Shown here: piece after piece, positions 1 through 8,640 of the stretch | Layout: each line of letters begins with the position of its first letter | Numbering within the stretch: the first letter of the stretch is position 1 | From: Alphaproteobacteria bacterium | GTDB taxonomy: Bacteria; Pseudomonadota; Alphaproteobacteria; UBA11136 | NCBI GenBank assembly: GCA_030739855.1 | Contig: JASLYJ010000004.1 | Location: 12,342 to 76,341, forward strand | Direction of reading: 5' to 3' | Length of the DNA: 64,000 nucleotides | Translations under genes and position numbers: made by a program | Notes under the pieces: model-generated | What the model was told of the DNA's origin: nothing | What the model saw: only the letters and a program-made list of their open reading frames with translations | The model's database searches: none

Positions 1-1
1 C

Positions 2-76
2 GTGGCGCCTTTCGATCCTTTCTTTAACACCAACAGTCCTGAGGATTTAGAGATTGCTGCATTCCTTATGAGGTAG
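2..76 (+). CDS. 3' end of a gene entering from the left edge; tail resembles molybdenum cofactor guanylyltransferase (MobA)
   Basis: Frame 2 reads VAPFDPFFNTNSPEDLEIAAFLMR*. The FFN-x-N(T/S)PEDL tail is what I recall from MobA C-termini. An MGD-dependent formate dehydrogenase lies nearby. Only 24 codons are visible. Confidence 0.3.
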   Translation: MAPFDPFFNTNSPEDLEIAAFLMR

Positions 77-196
77 GGGCTTCAGTCTTTCTGTGGACAG
101 CCATCGAGGGATTTGCCATTCTCAGGCGCAATTAATGAGACCGCCACGTCGTCAGGCCGCCGGGCGTGAGGAAACATTTTGGGGAGGGGAAACTCC

Positions 197-1930
197 GTGT
201 CGGGATTGTTAGCGCATTTCGTAGAAATTCTTTCCAAGAAGCATATTATCGCCAGACCCGGCTTTAACCGCTGGAAGGTGCCGCCAGCCTCGATTGCAAT
301 CCACCTGTGTATCGGCTCGGTCTACGCCTGGAGTATCTTCAACCCGGCACTGATCAAGGCCATCGGCGTGGCCGCACCTGCCGCTGTAGACTGGAACCTG
401 GGAGAGGTGGTGTGGATCTTTTCCGTAGCTATCGTTTTTCTGGGGCTGGCGGCGGCCTTCGCCGGGCACTGGCTGGAACGGGTTGGTCCCCGCATGGTGG
501 GGTTCGTGGCCGCCTGTTGCTGGGGCGGCGGTTTCGCGGTCGGCGGTGCTGGCATCCTGACCCATCAGTTGTGGCTGATTTATCTCGGCTATGGCGTCCT
601 CGGTGGCTGTGGGCTGGGCCTGGGCTACGTTTCGCCCGTCGCCACGCTCATCCGCTGGTTCCCCGACCGCCGCGGCATGGCCACCGGCATGGCCATCATG
701 GGGTTCGGCGGTGGCGCCATGATCGGCGCGCCACTGAAGGAATATTTTATCCATCTCTATTACAAGGCACCCGAATTCCTGGGCTCGGTGGATGCTGTGG
801 ACCTGATTACCGAAGGCGGAAAGCGCTTCGCCGATATCGCCGGCCAGATGAAGGAAGTGGTTGTGGTGGGCGCCAATGACGTATCAAACATGATCACGCC
901 CGGGCCCGAAGGCGTGTATCTGGTGGGGACCGGGTCGACCGGGGTGGCGCAGGCCTTCTTTACCCTGGGCGCAATTTATTTCGTGGTAATGACGATTGCG
1001 GCGTTCTCGTACCGCGTACCAGCGGAGGGCTGGGCGCCCGAGGGCTGGACCCCGCCAGACGAGGCCCATGCCGCAAAAAAGATGATGACCAAGAACCACG
1101 TCCATATCGACGAGGCCCTGAAGACACCGCAGTTCTATTTTCTGTGGATCGTACTGTGCTTCAACGTGACCGCAGGTATCGGCGTGCTTGGCGTAGCCAA
1201 GACTATGATGACGGAAATCTTTGGCACCACCCTGCCACTTCTCGTGGACGCCACCTTTGCCGCCACCTATGTGGTGATGGTTAGCGTCTTTAACATGTGC
1301 GGGCGGCTCTTCTGGGCCAGCATGTCCGATTTCATGGGCCGCAAGATAACCTATTGCATCTTTTTAGTCCTGGGCATCGCACTCTACCTTTCCATACCCT
1401 ATAGCGCGGTGCAGGTTAGTGCTTCGCCGGAAGTGATGTGGCTGGTGACATTCTATGCTGCCACCATGATTATCTTCACCATGTATGGTGGCGGGTTTGC
1501 CACTATTCCCGCCTATCTCGCTGATATTTTTGGCACCTTCCACGTGGGCGGCATTCATGGGCGTCTTCTCACCGCCTGGAGCACGGCGGGCGTTCTGGGA
1601 CCGTTGGCCATTACCCAACTGCGCCAGGTTTCAGTGGACAACGCCATTCAGAAACTGGCTGCAATGACAGACCCCTCAGTTTTCGAGTCCGCTTTCGGTG
1701 CGGGCAAGGATCAGCTTGCTGCACTGGTGGAGGCCAAGACCGTGACTATTTCCAAGCTCATGGAGGTTGCGCCCGCGGGCACCCAGGACCCTTCGGCCAC
1801 CCTCTATAACACCACCATGTTTGCTATGGCCGCCTTGTTGGCCATCGCGCTCGTTTCCAACTGGATGGTGAAGCCGGTGCACGAGAAGCACCACATGACC
1901 CAGAAGGAAATGGACGACGATACCGTTTAA
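197..1930 (+). CDS. MFS transporter, oxalate/formate antiporter (OFA) family
   Basis: The ORF is 179..1930 (583 aa) with many hydrophobic helices. OFA-like N-terminus: RWKVPPASIAIHLCIGSVYAWSIF. MFS loop: GRLFWASMSDFMGRK. I prefer GTG 197 because GGGGAGGGG lies just upstream; TTG 179 is the longest-ORF alternative. Confidence 0.8.
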   Translation: MSGLLAHFVEILSKKHIIARPGFNRWKVPPASIAIHLCIGSVYAWSIFNPALIKAIGVAAPAAVDWNLGEVVWIFSVAIVFLGLAAAFAGHWLERVGPRMVGFVAACCWGGGFAVGGAGILTHQLWLIYLGYGVLGGCGLGLGYVSPVATLIRWFPDRRGMATGMAIMGFGGGAMIGAPLKEYFIHLYYKAPEFLGSVDAVDLITEGGKRFADIAGQMKEVVVVGANDVSNMITPGPEGVYLVGTGSTGVAQAFFTLGAIYFVVMTIAAFSYRVPAEGWAPEGWTPPDEAHAAKKMMTKNHVHIDEALKTPQFYFLWIVLCFNVTAGIGVLGVAKTMMTEIFGTTLPLLVDATFAATYVVMVSVFNMCGRLFWASMSDFMGRKITYCIFLVLGIALYLSIPYSAVQVSASPEVMWLVTFYAATMIIFTMYGGGFATIPAYLADIFGTFHVGGIHGRLLTAWSTAGVLGPLAITQLRQVSVDNAIQKLAAMTDPSVFESAFGAGKDQLAALVEAKTVTISKLMEVAPAGTQDPSATLYNTTMFAMAALLAIALVSNWMVKPVHEKHHMTQKEMDDDTV

Positions 1931-1958
1931 GTCTCTGCGCGCTTTATATTAAAGAAAA

Positions 1959-1986
1959 GGGCGGCCCGTAAGGACCGCCCTTTTTT
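1959..1986. terminator. Bidirectional intrinsic terminator between the convergent MFS and FDH-alpha genes
   Basis: GGGCGGCCCGTAAGGACCGCCC hairpin (1959-1980). It is followed by TTTTTT on the plus strand and preceded by AAAGAAAA, which is U-rich on the minus strand. Confidence 0.7.
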
Positions 1987-2008
1987 GATAGCCGTTCTGT
2001 CGTGGTAG

Positions 2009-4789
2009 CTATGTTGCCGTCTTGCCGGAAACTTGTTCGCCGTCCAATTTTTCCACTCGAGCCGAACAGTATTTGAGTTCGGGAATTTTTCCAAAGGGGT
2101 CCAGCGCTGGGTTGGTGAGTACATTGGCCGAAGCTTCGCGGAAGCAGAAGGGAATGAAGATCATCCCGATGCGAATCTGACGGTCTGAACGAGCTTTTAG
2201 TTCAATGGATCCACGCCGTGTAGAGACTCGTACCCAGTCGCCGTGCTTGAGCCTAAAGCGGCTCATATCAGCTGGAGAAAGGTGGACTGTGGCCTCAGGT
2301 TCAAGGCTATCAAGAACGTAGGTGCGTCGGGTCATAGAGCCGGTATGCCAATGTTCGAGAAGTCGCCCCGTGGTGAGCACCATAGGGAAGTGATTATCGG
2401 GGGTTTCATCGGGTGGCATGATCTCCGTCGGTATTAGCTTGCCTAGGCCGTTTTCAGTGGGGAAGGAGTCACCGAAGATAACTTCCTGTCCGGGATCACT
2501 CTTGTTCTTACAGGGGTAAGTGACGGCGCCTTTCTTCTCCAAGCGTTCCCAGGTGATGCCAGTAATAGAGGGCATGCACTGGCGCAGTTCCTCATAGACC
2601 TCGCGCGGGGAGTCATAGTTCCAGTCGAGGTCGAGACGACGTGCCATCTGCTGAATAATCCATAAGTCCTGGCGGGCGTTTCCCGGCGGTTCGATAGCCT
2701 GATGGGCCATCTGCACACGGCGGTCAGTATTGGTGAAGGTACCATCTTTTTCAGGGAAGGCCGAAGCAGGCAAGATGATGTCAGCGAGAAAGGCAGTTTC
2801 TGTCATGAAGATATCCTGGACCACCATATGTTCGAGTTGGCACAAGGCCTCGCGCGCGTGTAGCGTATCGGGGTCGGACATGGCTGGGTTCTCACCCATT
2901 ACATAAAGGCCCATGATTTCACGCTTACGGATGGCGTCCATGATCTCCACTACCGTCAGGCCCTCGTCGGGGTTGAGCGGTGTGTCCCAGAACTTCTCGA
3001 AGAATTCCCGCTCTTGAGGCTTCGTTACAGACCGATAGTCTGGATAGACCATGGGGATTAGCCCCATGTCGGAGGCGCCTTGGACGTTGTTCTGGCCGCG
3101 TAGGGGGTGGAGCCCGGCACCGGGTTTGCCGATATTGCCAGTAATTAGAGCCAGCGATATCAGGCAGCGCGCATTATCTGTGCCGTGCACATGTTGGGAA
3201 ACGCCCATGCCCCAGAAGATCATGGCGCTTTTGGCCTTGGCGAAAAGGCGGGCCACATCGCGCAGAGTGTCGGGGGCGATGCCGCAGACAGCGGACATTT
3301 CCTCGGGCGTGAAGTAGGCGGTGTATTTCTTCAGATCTTCAAAGCCTTCGGTACGGGTCTTGATATAATTGGAATCCACTAAGCCTTCCTTGATGATGGT
3401 GTGAATCATGGCATTGAGAAGTGCCACATCGGTGCCAGGCCGAAACTGCAGCATGTGTTTAGCGTGGCGGCTTAGGGCCTGGTTGCGGGGGTCAGCCACA
3501 ATGAGGGTGGCCCCGCTCTTCACCGCGTTCCTGATGAAAGTGGCAGCCACTGGGTGGTTCTGGGCTGGGCGAGCACCGATCACGAAAATAATTTCGGAAT
3601 TGAGACATTCCGAAACCGGCGCTGTCACTGCACCGGAGCCGATAGTTTCCATCAGCGCGGCTACACTCGATGCGTGGCACATACGGGTGCAATGGTCCAC
3701 GTTGTTGTTGCGGAATCCGGTGCGCACCAGCTTCTGAAACAGATACGCCTCTTCGTTGGAGCCCTTAGCACAGCCGAATCCAGCCAGCACCCGGGTCCCC
3801 TCACGGTCGCGCAGATGCCGAAATCCACCACCGGCTTCGTCCAGCGCCTGTTCCCACGAGACCTCGTGGAAATTAGCAAAGGGATCGGCTGGATTGAATG
3901 GTTCGTCGGGGATTTTTCGTATCCCGGCTTTGCGGATCAAGGGCTTGGTGAGGCGGTGGGGATGGTGCACATAGTCAAATCCAAACCTTCCCTTGACGCA
4001 GAGCCGGTTGTGATTGGCCGGTCCGTTGCGGCCTTCCACCGAGAGCAACCTGCCATCGCGCACGTTGAAAGTGAGCTGGCAGCCGACGCCACAATAGGGA
4101 CACAGGCTATCCACTCTGGTATCGGCTTTGATGGACCCTCTGCCATCTTTCTCAACCCGGGTGGCCTCCATGAGCGCACCAGTAGGGCAAGCCTGGACAC
4201 ATTCACCACAGGCCACGCAGGTGCTATCCCCCATGGGGTGGTCGAAATCAAAGACGACTTTGGACTTCGCCCCGCGGAAAGCCACGCCAATGACGTCGTT
4301 GACTTGAACTTCATGACAAGCGCGGGTGCATAGCCCACACTGAATGCAGGCGTCTAGTTGCACGCTTATGGCAGGGTGGCTGTTATCTGGGGGCGGCATC
4401 TCGCGGGAGGGAAAGCGGCTTTTATCTACGCCTACGGCATCGACCATATGCCAGAAATGGGAATCATCGTCATGGGCCTTGTCTCTGTGGGGTTGATCGG
4501 CGAGAAGGAGCTCCATTACCATTTTGCGGGCTTTCACGGCGCGTTCGGCTTTGGTCTTGACCTTCATGCCCGGCGTTGGCGTGCGGATGCAGGATGCAGA
4601 GAGAACCAACTCACCCTCAATCTCCACCATACAGGCGCGACAGTTGCCGTCGGGCCGGTAACCCGGCGCCGGTTTGTAACAAAGATGGGGCAGGAGGATT
4701 CCGTGACGTTCGGCTACCTTCCAGATGGTCTCGCCTGGCGCTGCCTCGACCTTTTTGCCATCAATGGTAAAGGCGATAGTTTTGCTCAT
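2009..4789 (-). CDS. fdhF: NAD-dependent formate dehydrogenase, alpha (molybdopterin) subunit, Cys type
   Basis: 926 aa. N-terminal 2Fe-2S region: CYKPAPGYRPDGNCRACMVEI. 4Fe-4S motifs: CIQCGLCTRAC and CVACGECVQACP. Molybdopterin domain has Cys at the Sec/Cys position (HCTRMCHASS). There is no in-frame TGA. ATGA overlap with the beta gene. Confidence 0.92.
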   Translation of the reverse strand: MSKTIAFTIDGKKVEAAPGETIWKVAERHGILLPHLCYKPAPGYRPDGNCRACMVEIEGELVLSASCIRTPTPGMKVKTKAERAVKARKMVMELLLADQPHRDKAHDDDSHFWHMVDAVGVDKSRFPSREMPPPDNSHPAISVQLDACIQCGLCTRACHEVQVNDVIGVAFRGAKSKVVFDFDHPMGDSTCVACGECVQACPTGALMEATRVEKDGRGSIKADTRVDSLCPYCGVGCQLTFNVRDGRLLSVEGRNGPANHNRLCVKGRFGFDYVHHPHRLTKPLIRKAGIRKIPDEPFNPADPFANFHEVSWEQALDEAGGGFRHLRDREGTRVLAGFGCAKGSNEEAYLFQKLVRTGFRNNNVDHCTRMCHASSVAALMETIGSGAVTAPVSECLNSEIIFVIGARPAQNHPVAATFIRNAVKSGATLIVADPRNQALSRHAKHMLQFRPGTDVALLNAMIHTIIKEGLVDSNYIKTRTEGFEDLKKYTAYFTPEEMSAVCGIAPDTLRDVARLFAKAKSAMIFWGMGVSQHVHGTDNARCLISLALITGNIGKPGAGLHPLRGQNNVQGASDMGLIPMVYPDYRSVTKPQEREFFEKFWDTPLNPDEGLTVVEIMDAIRKREIMGLYVMGENPAMSDPDTLHAREALCQLEHMVVQDIFMTETAFLADIILPASAFPEKDGTFTNTDRRVQMAHQAIEPPGNARQDLWIIQQMARRLDLDWNYDSPREVYEELRQCMPSITGITWERLEKKGAVTYPCKNKSDPGQEVIFGDSFPTENGLGKLIPTEIMPPDETPDNHFPMVLTTGRLLEHWHTGSMTRRTYVLDSLEPEATVHLSPADMSRFRLKHGDWVRVSTRRGSIELKARSDRQIRIGMIFIPFCFREASANVLTNPALDPFGKIPELKYCSARVEKLDGEQVSGKTAT

Positions 4790-6486
4790 GCAAAATCCTT
4801 ATTGAAATGCTTCATCATGCTCAACACGGGATTGCCAGCGGCCTGACCCAGCCCACAAATGGAGGCGTCGGCCATGGTGGCACAGAGTTCCCTCATCAGA
4901 GGACGGTTCAACTTTTTGGCTTCAAGCAGCTTCACCGCCTTTTCTGTCCCCACCCGACATGGTGTGCACTGGCCACAGCTTTCATTGGCGAGAAAACTCA
5001 TGAGGTTTAGAACAGCATCACGGATGTTGTCTTTGTCCGAAAGTACTATGATGCCCGCTGATCCGATAAAGCAGCCGTGCTCTTCCAGGGTGCCGAAATC
5101 CAGGGGAATGTCAGCCAGGGATGCGGGTAAAATCCCGCCCGAGGCGCCGCCGGGAAGGTAGGCTTTAAATTTATGCCCTTTGGCCATGCCACCGCAGTAT
5201 TCCTCCAGCAGTTCATTCATGGTGATGCCGGATGGCGCCAGTTTCATGCCAGGTTTTCTGACCCTCCCGGAGATGGAATAGCTGCGCAGGCCCTTACCCC
5301 CATTGCGCCCCTGACTAGCGAACCAATCTGCACCCTTTTCTACCACATCGCGTACCCAGTGTAGGGTTTCTACATTGTGGTTTAGCGTGGGGCGTCCGAA
5401 TAGGCCTGCCGTGGATACGTAGGGAGGACGGTGGCGCGGCAAGCCGCGTTTGCCCTCGATGCTCTCCATCATTGCCGATTCCTCGCCACAGATATAAGCA
5501 CCGGCACCGCGTCGCAGGTGGATGCGGGTAGCGGTGGTGAGCTTGGTGGCCTCAAGCTTGAAAATTTCCTGCTTTAATAATTTATAGATGCCGGGATATT
5601 CGTCGCGTAGATAAATGTAGACGTCGGTGGCTTCCACCGCCCAGGCCGCGATCAGCATGCCTTCGAGGAAGCGGTGGGGGTCTCTGTCGAGATAGAAACG
5701 ATCCTTGAAGGTGCCGGGTTCCCCCTCGTCGGCATTAACGGTCATCAAATGCGGGCCTGGTTCCTTGCGTACGAATCTCCATTTCGTTCCGGCGGGAAAC
5801 CCAGCGCCCCCCATGCCCTTCAGCTTGGAACCTTCGAGGGTCTTGATTAGCCCGTTAGGGGTGCGCTCTCCCGCCAGACAGTCCTGGAGAAGGGTATAAC
5901 CACCGTTCTTTTTATAAGTTTCGAAAAGCTTGGCATCGGGAATTTTTGTGGCGGTATGGCCTTCGGAGATGGCGGTGCGTACGGATTTGATCGTAGCTCT
6001 GGTGATATGATTCCTGCCCACCTCGGCCACTGGGGCTAGGTCGCATCGTCCCATGCACGGCGCCCGTACGACCCGGAACTTTTTCCCACTGTCCTTGATC
6101 AACGAGCCAAGGAGCTTCTTTGCGCCGCTCATCTCGCAGGTGAGGCTGTCGCAGACCCGGACGGTTAATGGCGGCGCTGGTTCGTTATCCTTGATGACGT
6201 CGAAATGTGCATAAAAGGTGGCGACCTCGTAGACCTCGGCAAAGGAAAGCCTCAGTTCATGGGCCACCGCCACCAGATGGGATTCCGAAAGGCAGTGGAA
6301 TTCATCCTGCACCAGGTGGAGGAATTCCAGCAGCATGTCGCGTTTCCGGGGCAAGTCGCCGAGGAGATTCTGGACATCGTAAAAGGCTTGGCGTTTTGCC
6401 CGCAGTCCCTTGGGATGAGGGGGCACGCCATCACGCTTTGGGGTGTTTTGTTTCATGCTTCGGCGCTTACCATTGGACTGTGCCAC
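4786..6486 (-). CDS. Formate dehydrogenase beta subunit (NuoE-like 2Fe-2S domain fused to NuoF-like FMN/NAD domain)
   Basis: 566 aa. 2Fe-2S cysteines: CDSLTC...CMGRC. NuoF-like motifs: GAGAYICGEESAMMESIEGKRG and [10 protein letters not shown]. Translationally coupled to the alpha subunit. Confidence 0.9.
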   Translation of the reverse strand: MAQSNGKRRSMKQNTPKRDGVPPHPKGLRAKRQAFYDVQNLLGDLPRKRDMLLEFLHLVQDEFHCLSESHLVAVAHELRLSFAEVYEVATFYAHFDVIKDNEPAPPLTVRVCDSLTCEMSGAKKLLGSLIKDSGKKFRVVRAPCMGRCDLAPVAEVGRNHITRATIKSVRTAISEGHTATKIPDAKLFETYKKNGGYTLLQDCLAGERTPNGLIKTLEGSKLKGMGGAGFPAGTKWRFVRKEPGPHLMTVNADEGEPGTFKDRFYLDRDPHRFLEGMLIAAWAVEATDVYIYLRDEYPGIYKLLKQEIFKLEATKLTTATRIHLRRGAGAYICGEESAMMESIEGKRGLPRHRPPYVSTAGLFGRPTLNHNVETLHWVRDVVEKGADWFASQGRNGGKGLRSYSISGRVRKPGMKLAPSGITMNELLEEYCGGMAKGHKFKAYLPGGASGGILPASLADIPLDFGTLEEHGCFIGSAGIIVLSDKDNIRDAVLNLMSFLANESCGQCTPCRVGTEKAVKLLEAKKLNRPLMRELCATMADASICGLGQAAGNPVLSMMKHFNKDFA

Positions 6487-6729
6487 AACCTTGTCAATCC
6501 CGTGGGCGCCATAAACAGGCGGTGTAAGACTGTTAGGTGGGGAAAACAGCTATTCATGGGACCGGGTCATCACGTATGAAAAATCTTGCGCTACAGTTTA
6601 CAACACATTGATTCTAAAATATTTTTTTCAGATAAATTTTTTTCTCTGCGGTAAACATCACTGTTGAGACCTGACCAAGAGATACATATACTCCACCGCA
6701 AAAATAACCATGGTAAAGCGAGGGCATCA

Positions 6730-7146
6730 ATGCGACCACTGCTTCCGCCGGATTATCGACCTACAAAAAAAGAATCCTTTATGAATCCCATGCAACTTGA
6801 ATATTTCCGCCAGAAACTGGAATGCTGGCGCGAGGAACTCCTCCAAGAGTCGAACGAAACCATTCAACACCTCCAAGAGGACAGTCCTCAGGAACCGGAC
6901 GTCGCCGATCGTGCTTCGCTTGAGACCGATCGCGCCCTCGAGCTTCGCACTCGCGACCGCGAGCGCAAACTGATCACCAAGATCAACGAGGCGTTGAAGC
7001 GTATCGAGGAGAAGTCATACGGTTTTTGTGAGGAAACTAGCAAACCCATCAGTTTGCAGAGGCTCGAGGTGCGACCCATCGCCACCCTGAGTATTGAAGC
7101 CCAGGAACGTCACGAACAGATGGAAAAAACCTACCGCGACGACTAA
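6730..7146 (+). CDS. dksA: RNA polymerase-binding regulator DksA (single-Cys, degenerate zinc finger)
   Basis: YRPTKKESFMNPMQLEYFRQKL..DRALELRTRDRERKLI..YGFCEETSKPISLQRLEVRPIATLSIEAQERHE. Only one of the four canonical finger Cys residues is present (C..T / S..A). ATG 6730 fits the alphaproteobacterial N-terminus; the ORF extends to 6664. Confidence 0.88.
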   Translation: MRPLLPPDYRPTKKESFMNPMQLEYFRQKLECWREELLQESNETIQHLQEDSPQEPDVADRASLETDRALELRTRDRERKLITKINEALKRIEEKSYGFCEETSKPISLQRLEVRPIATLSIEAQERHEQMEKTYRDD

Positions 7147-7295
7147 CCTTTCCACATCGTGGTGGAAAGCGAGACTGAGAACATGGTAGCCGCTTAACAA
7201 GTGTCCTGGACCCGTTCCCAGAGGTGGCCACTCCGGCGCTGTGCGTTTACCAGACATTGTCGTGTCGAAACAATTCCGGCTCTATTCGGACGAAT

Positions 7296-7337
7296 GTTCT
7301 TGAAATATTCTCTTGTAGATGAGAACAAAACATGTAC
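7296..7337. promoter_or_regulatory. Two putative alphaproteobacterial-type LexA (SOS) boxes upstream of recA
   Basis: GTTCttgaaatATTC (7296-7310) and GAACaaaacatGTAC (7323-7337). Each is one mismatch from the GTTC-N7-GTTC / GAAC-N7-GAAC direct-repeat consensus. They lie 65-105 nt before the recA ATG. Confidence 0.35.
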
Positions 7338-7401
7338 ATTGTAGGTTATTGAGTGGTGCATTGATTGATTTTCATCCCTGTGAAATAAGATGGAGGCAGA
7401 C

Positions 7402-8505
7402 ATGGCCGAGGCGGCAATCCGTTTGGTTGACAAGGACGACATGGACAAGAAAAAGGCTCTCGAAGTGGCGCTGGGACAGATCGAGCGTAGCTTCGGTAAG
7501 GGCTCCATCATGAAATTTGGACAGCATGAAGGCGTGATGGAGGTGGAATCTACCCCCACCGGCTCGCTGGGTCTTGACATCGGGCTCGGTATTGGCGGGT
7601 TGCCTCGTGGCCGCGTGGTGGAGATCTATGGCTCGGAAGGGTCTGGCAAGACCACCCTGGCTCTGCATGTGGTGGCAGAGGCCCAGAAAATCGATGGCAC
7701 TTGCGCCTTCGTGGATGCCGAACACGCGCTGGACCCGGCCTATGCGCGCAAGCTCGGCGTTAATGTGGATGATTTGCTTATTTCCCAGCCCGACGCCGGG
7801 GAACAGGCACTGGAGATCACCGATACTTTAGTACGTTCGGGGGCAGTGGACGTGCTGGTGATAGACAGCGTCGCAGCGCTGGTGCCGCGGGCAGAACTTG
7901 AGGGTGAGATGGGGGATTCCCATATGGGCTTGCACGCTCGCCTCATGAGCCAAGCTCTGCGAAAGCTCACGGGCTCTATTGCCAAATCGCGCTGCACTGT
8001 AATCTTTATCAACCAGATTCGCCATAAGATCGGCGTCATGTTTGGCAATCCAGAAACCACCACCGGCGGCAATGCCCTGAAATTCTACGCCTCGGTGCGG
8101 CTCGACATCCGCCGTATCGGCGCCATCAAGGATCGCGACAGGGTGATTGGTAACCAGACCCGGGTCAAGGTGGTTAAGAACAAGATGGCACCGCCTTTCA
8201 AAGTGGTGGAATTCGACATCATGTACGGCGAAGGCATCTCCCGGCTAGGCGAACTCATCGATCTCGGCGTCCAGGCCGGGGTGGTGGAAAAATCCGGCGC
8301 CTGGTTCTCCCATGACGGGGAGCGCATCGGCCAGGGTCGTGAAAACGCTAAGACCTTCCTTCACGAACATCCAGAGGTGGCGAGGAAAATAGAACAGGCA
8401 ATTCGCAATGACGCAGGTCTCTGCGCTGCTGACGTCATGGGCGTCGCGGCTGAAAGTGGTGAAGACACCCCGGCCGAAACGGTGGTTGAAGCTACCAAGT
8501 CATAA
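7402..8505 (+). CDS. recA: Recombinase RecA
   Basis: [20 protein letters not shown], Walker [13 protein letters not shown], and [40 protein letters not shown] 7402 follows GGAGG; the ORF opens at 7390. Confidence 0.97.
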   Translation: MAEAAIRLVDKDDMDKKKALEVALGQIERSFGKGSIMKFGQHEGVMEVESTPTGSLGLDIGLGIGGLPRGRVVEIYGSEGSGKTTLALHVVAEAQKIDGTCAFVDAEHALDPAYARKLGVNVDDLLISQPDAGEQALEITDTLVRSGAVDVLVIDSVAALVPRAELEGEMGDSHMGLHARLMSQALRKLTGSIAKSRCTVIFINQIRHKIGVMFGNPETTTGGNALKFYASVRLDIRRIGAIKDRDRVIGNQTRVKVVKNKMAPPFKVVEFDIMYGEGISRLGELIDLGVQAGVVEKSGAWFSHDGERIGQGRENAKTFLHEHPEVARKIEQAIRNDAGLCAADVMGVAAESGEDTPAETVVEATKS

Positions 8506-8640
8506 CCCGACCTATGGGCCATCGGTAGGTTGGGTATTTGGGAGTTCATTTTTCTGAGAGGGACGGAAGGATGCCGCGTGCCCCTCTTTCTTTCCACCCG
8601 TCTGCTAGACACGGTTGGGGGGGCGGGTTAAAAGCATGGG

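Noticed and set aside
3554-4333. 259-aa plus-strand ORF inside the FDH alpha gene.
   Set aside because: An antisense shadow of a gene with unmistakable Fe-S and molybdopterin motifs.
2009-4789. I looked for an in-frame TGA (selenocysteine) and a SECIS element in the FDH alpha gene.
   Set aside because: The ORF is uninterrupted, and the catalytic position is Cys (RMCH).
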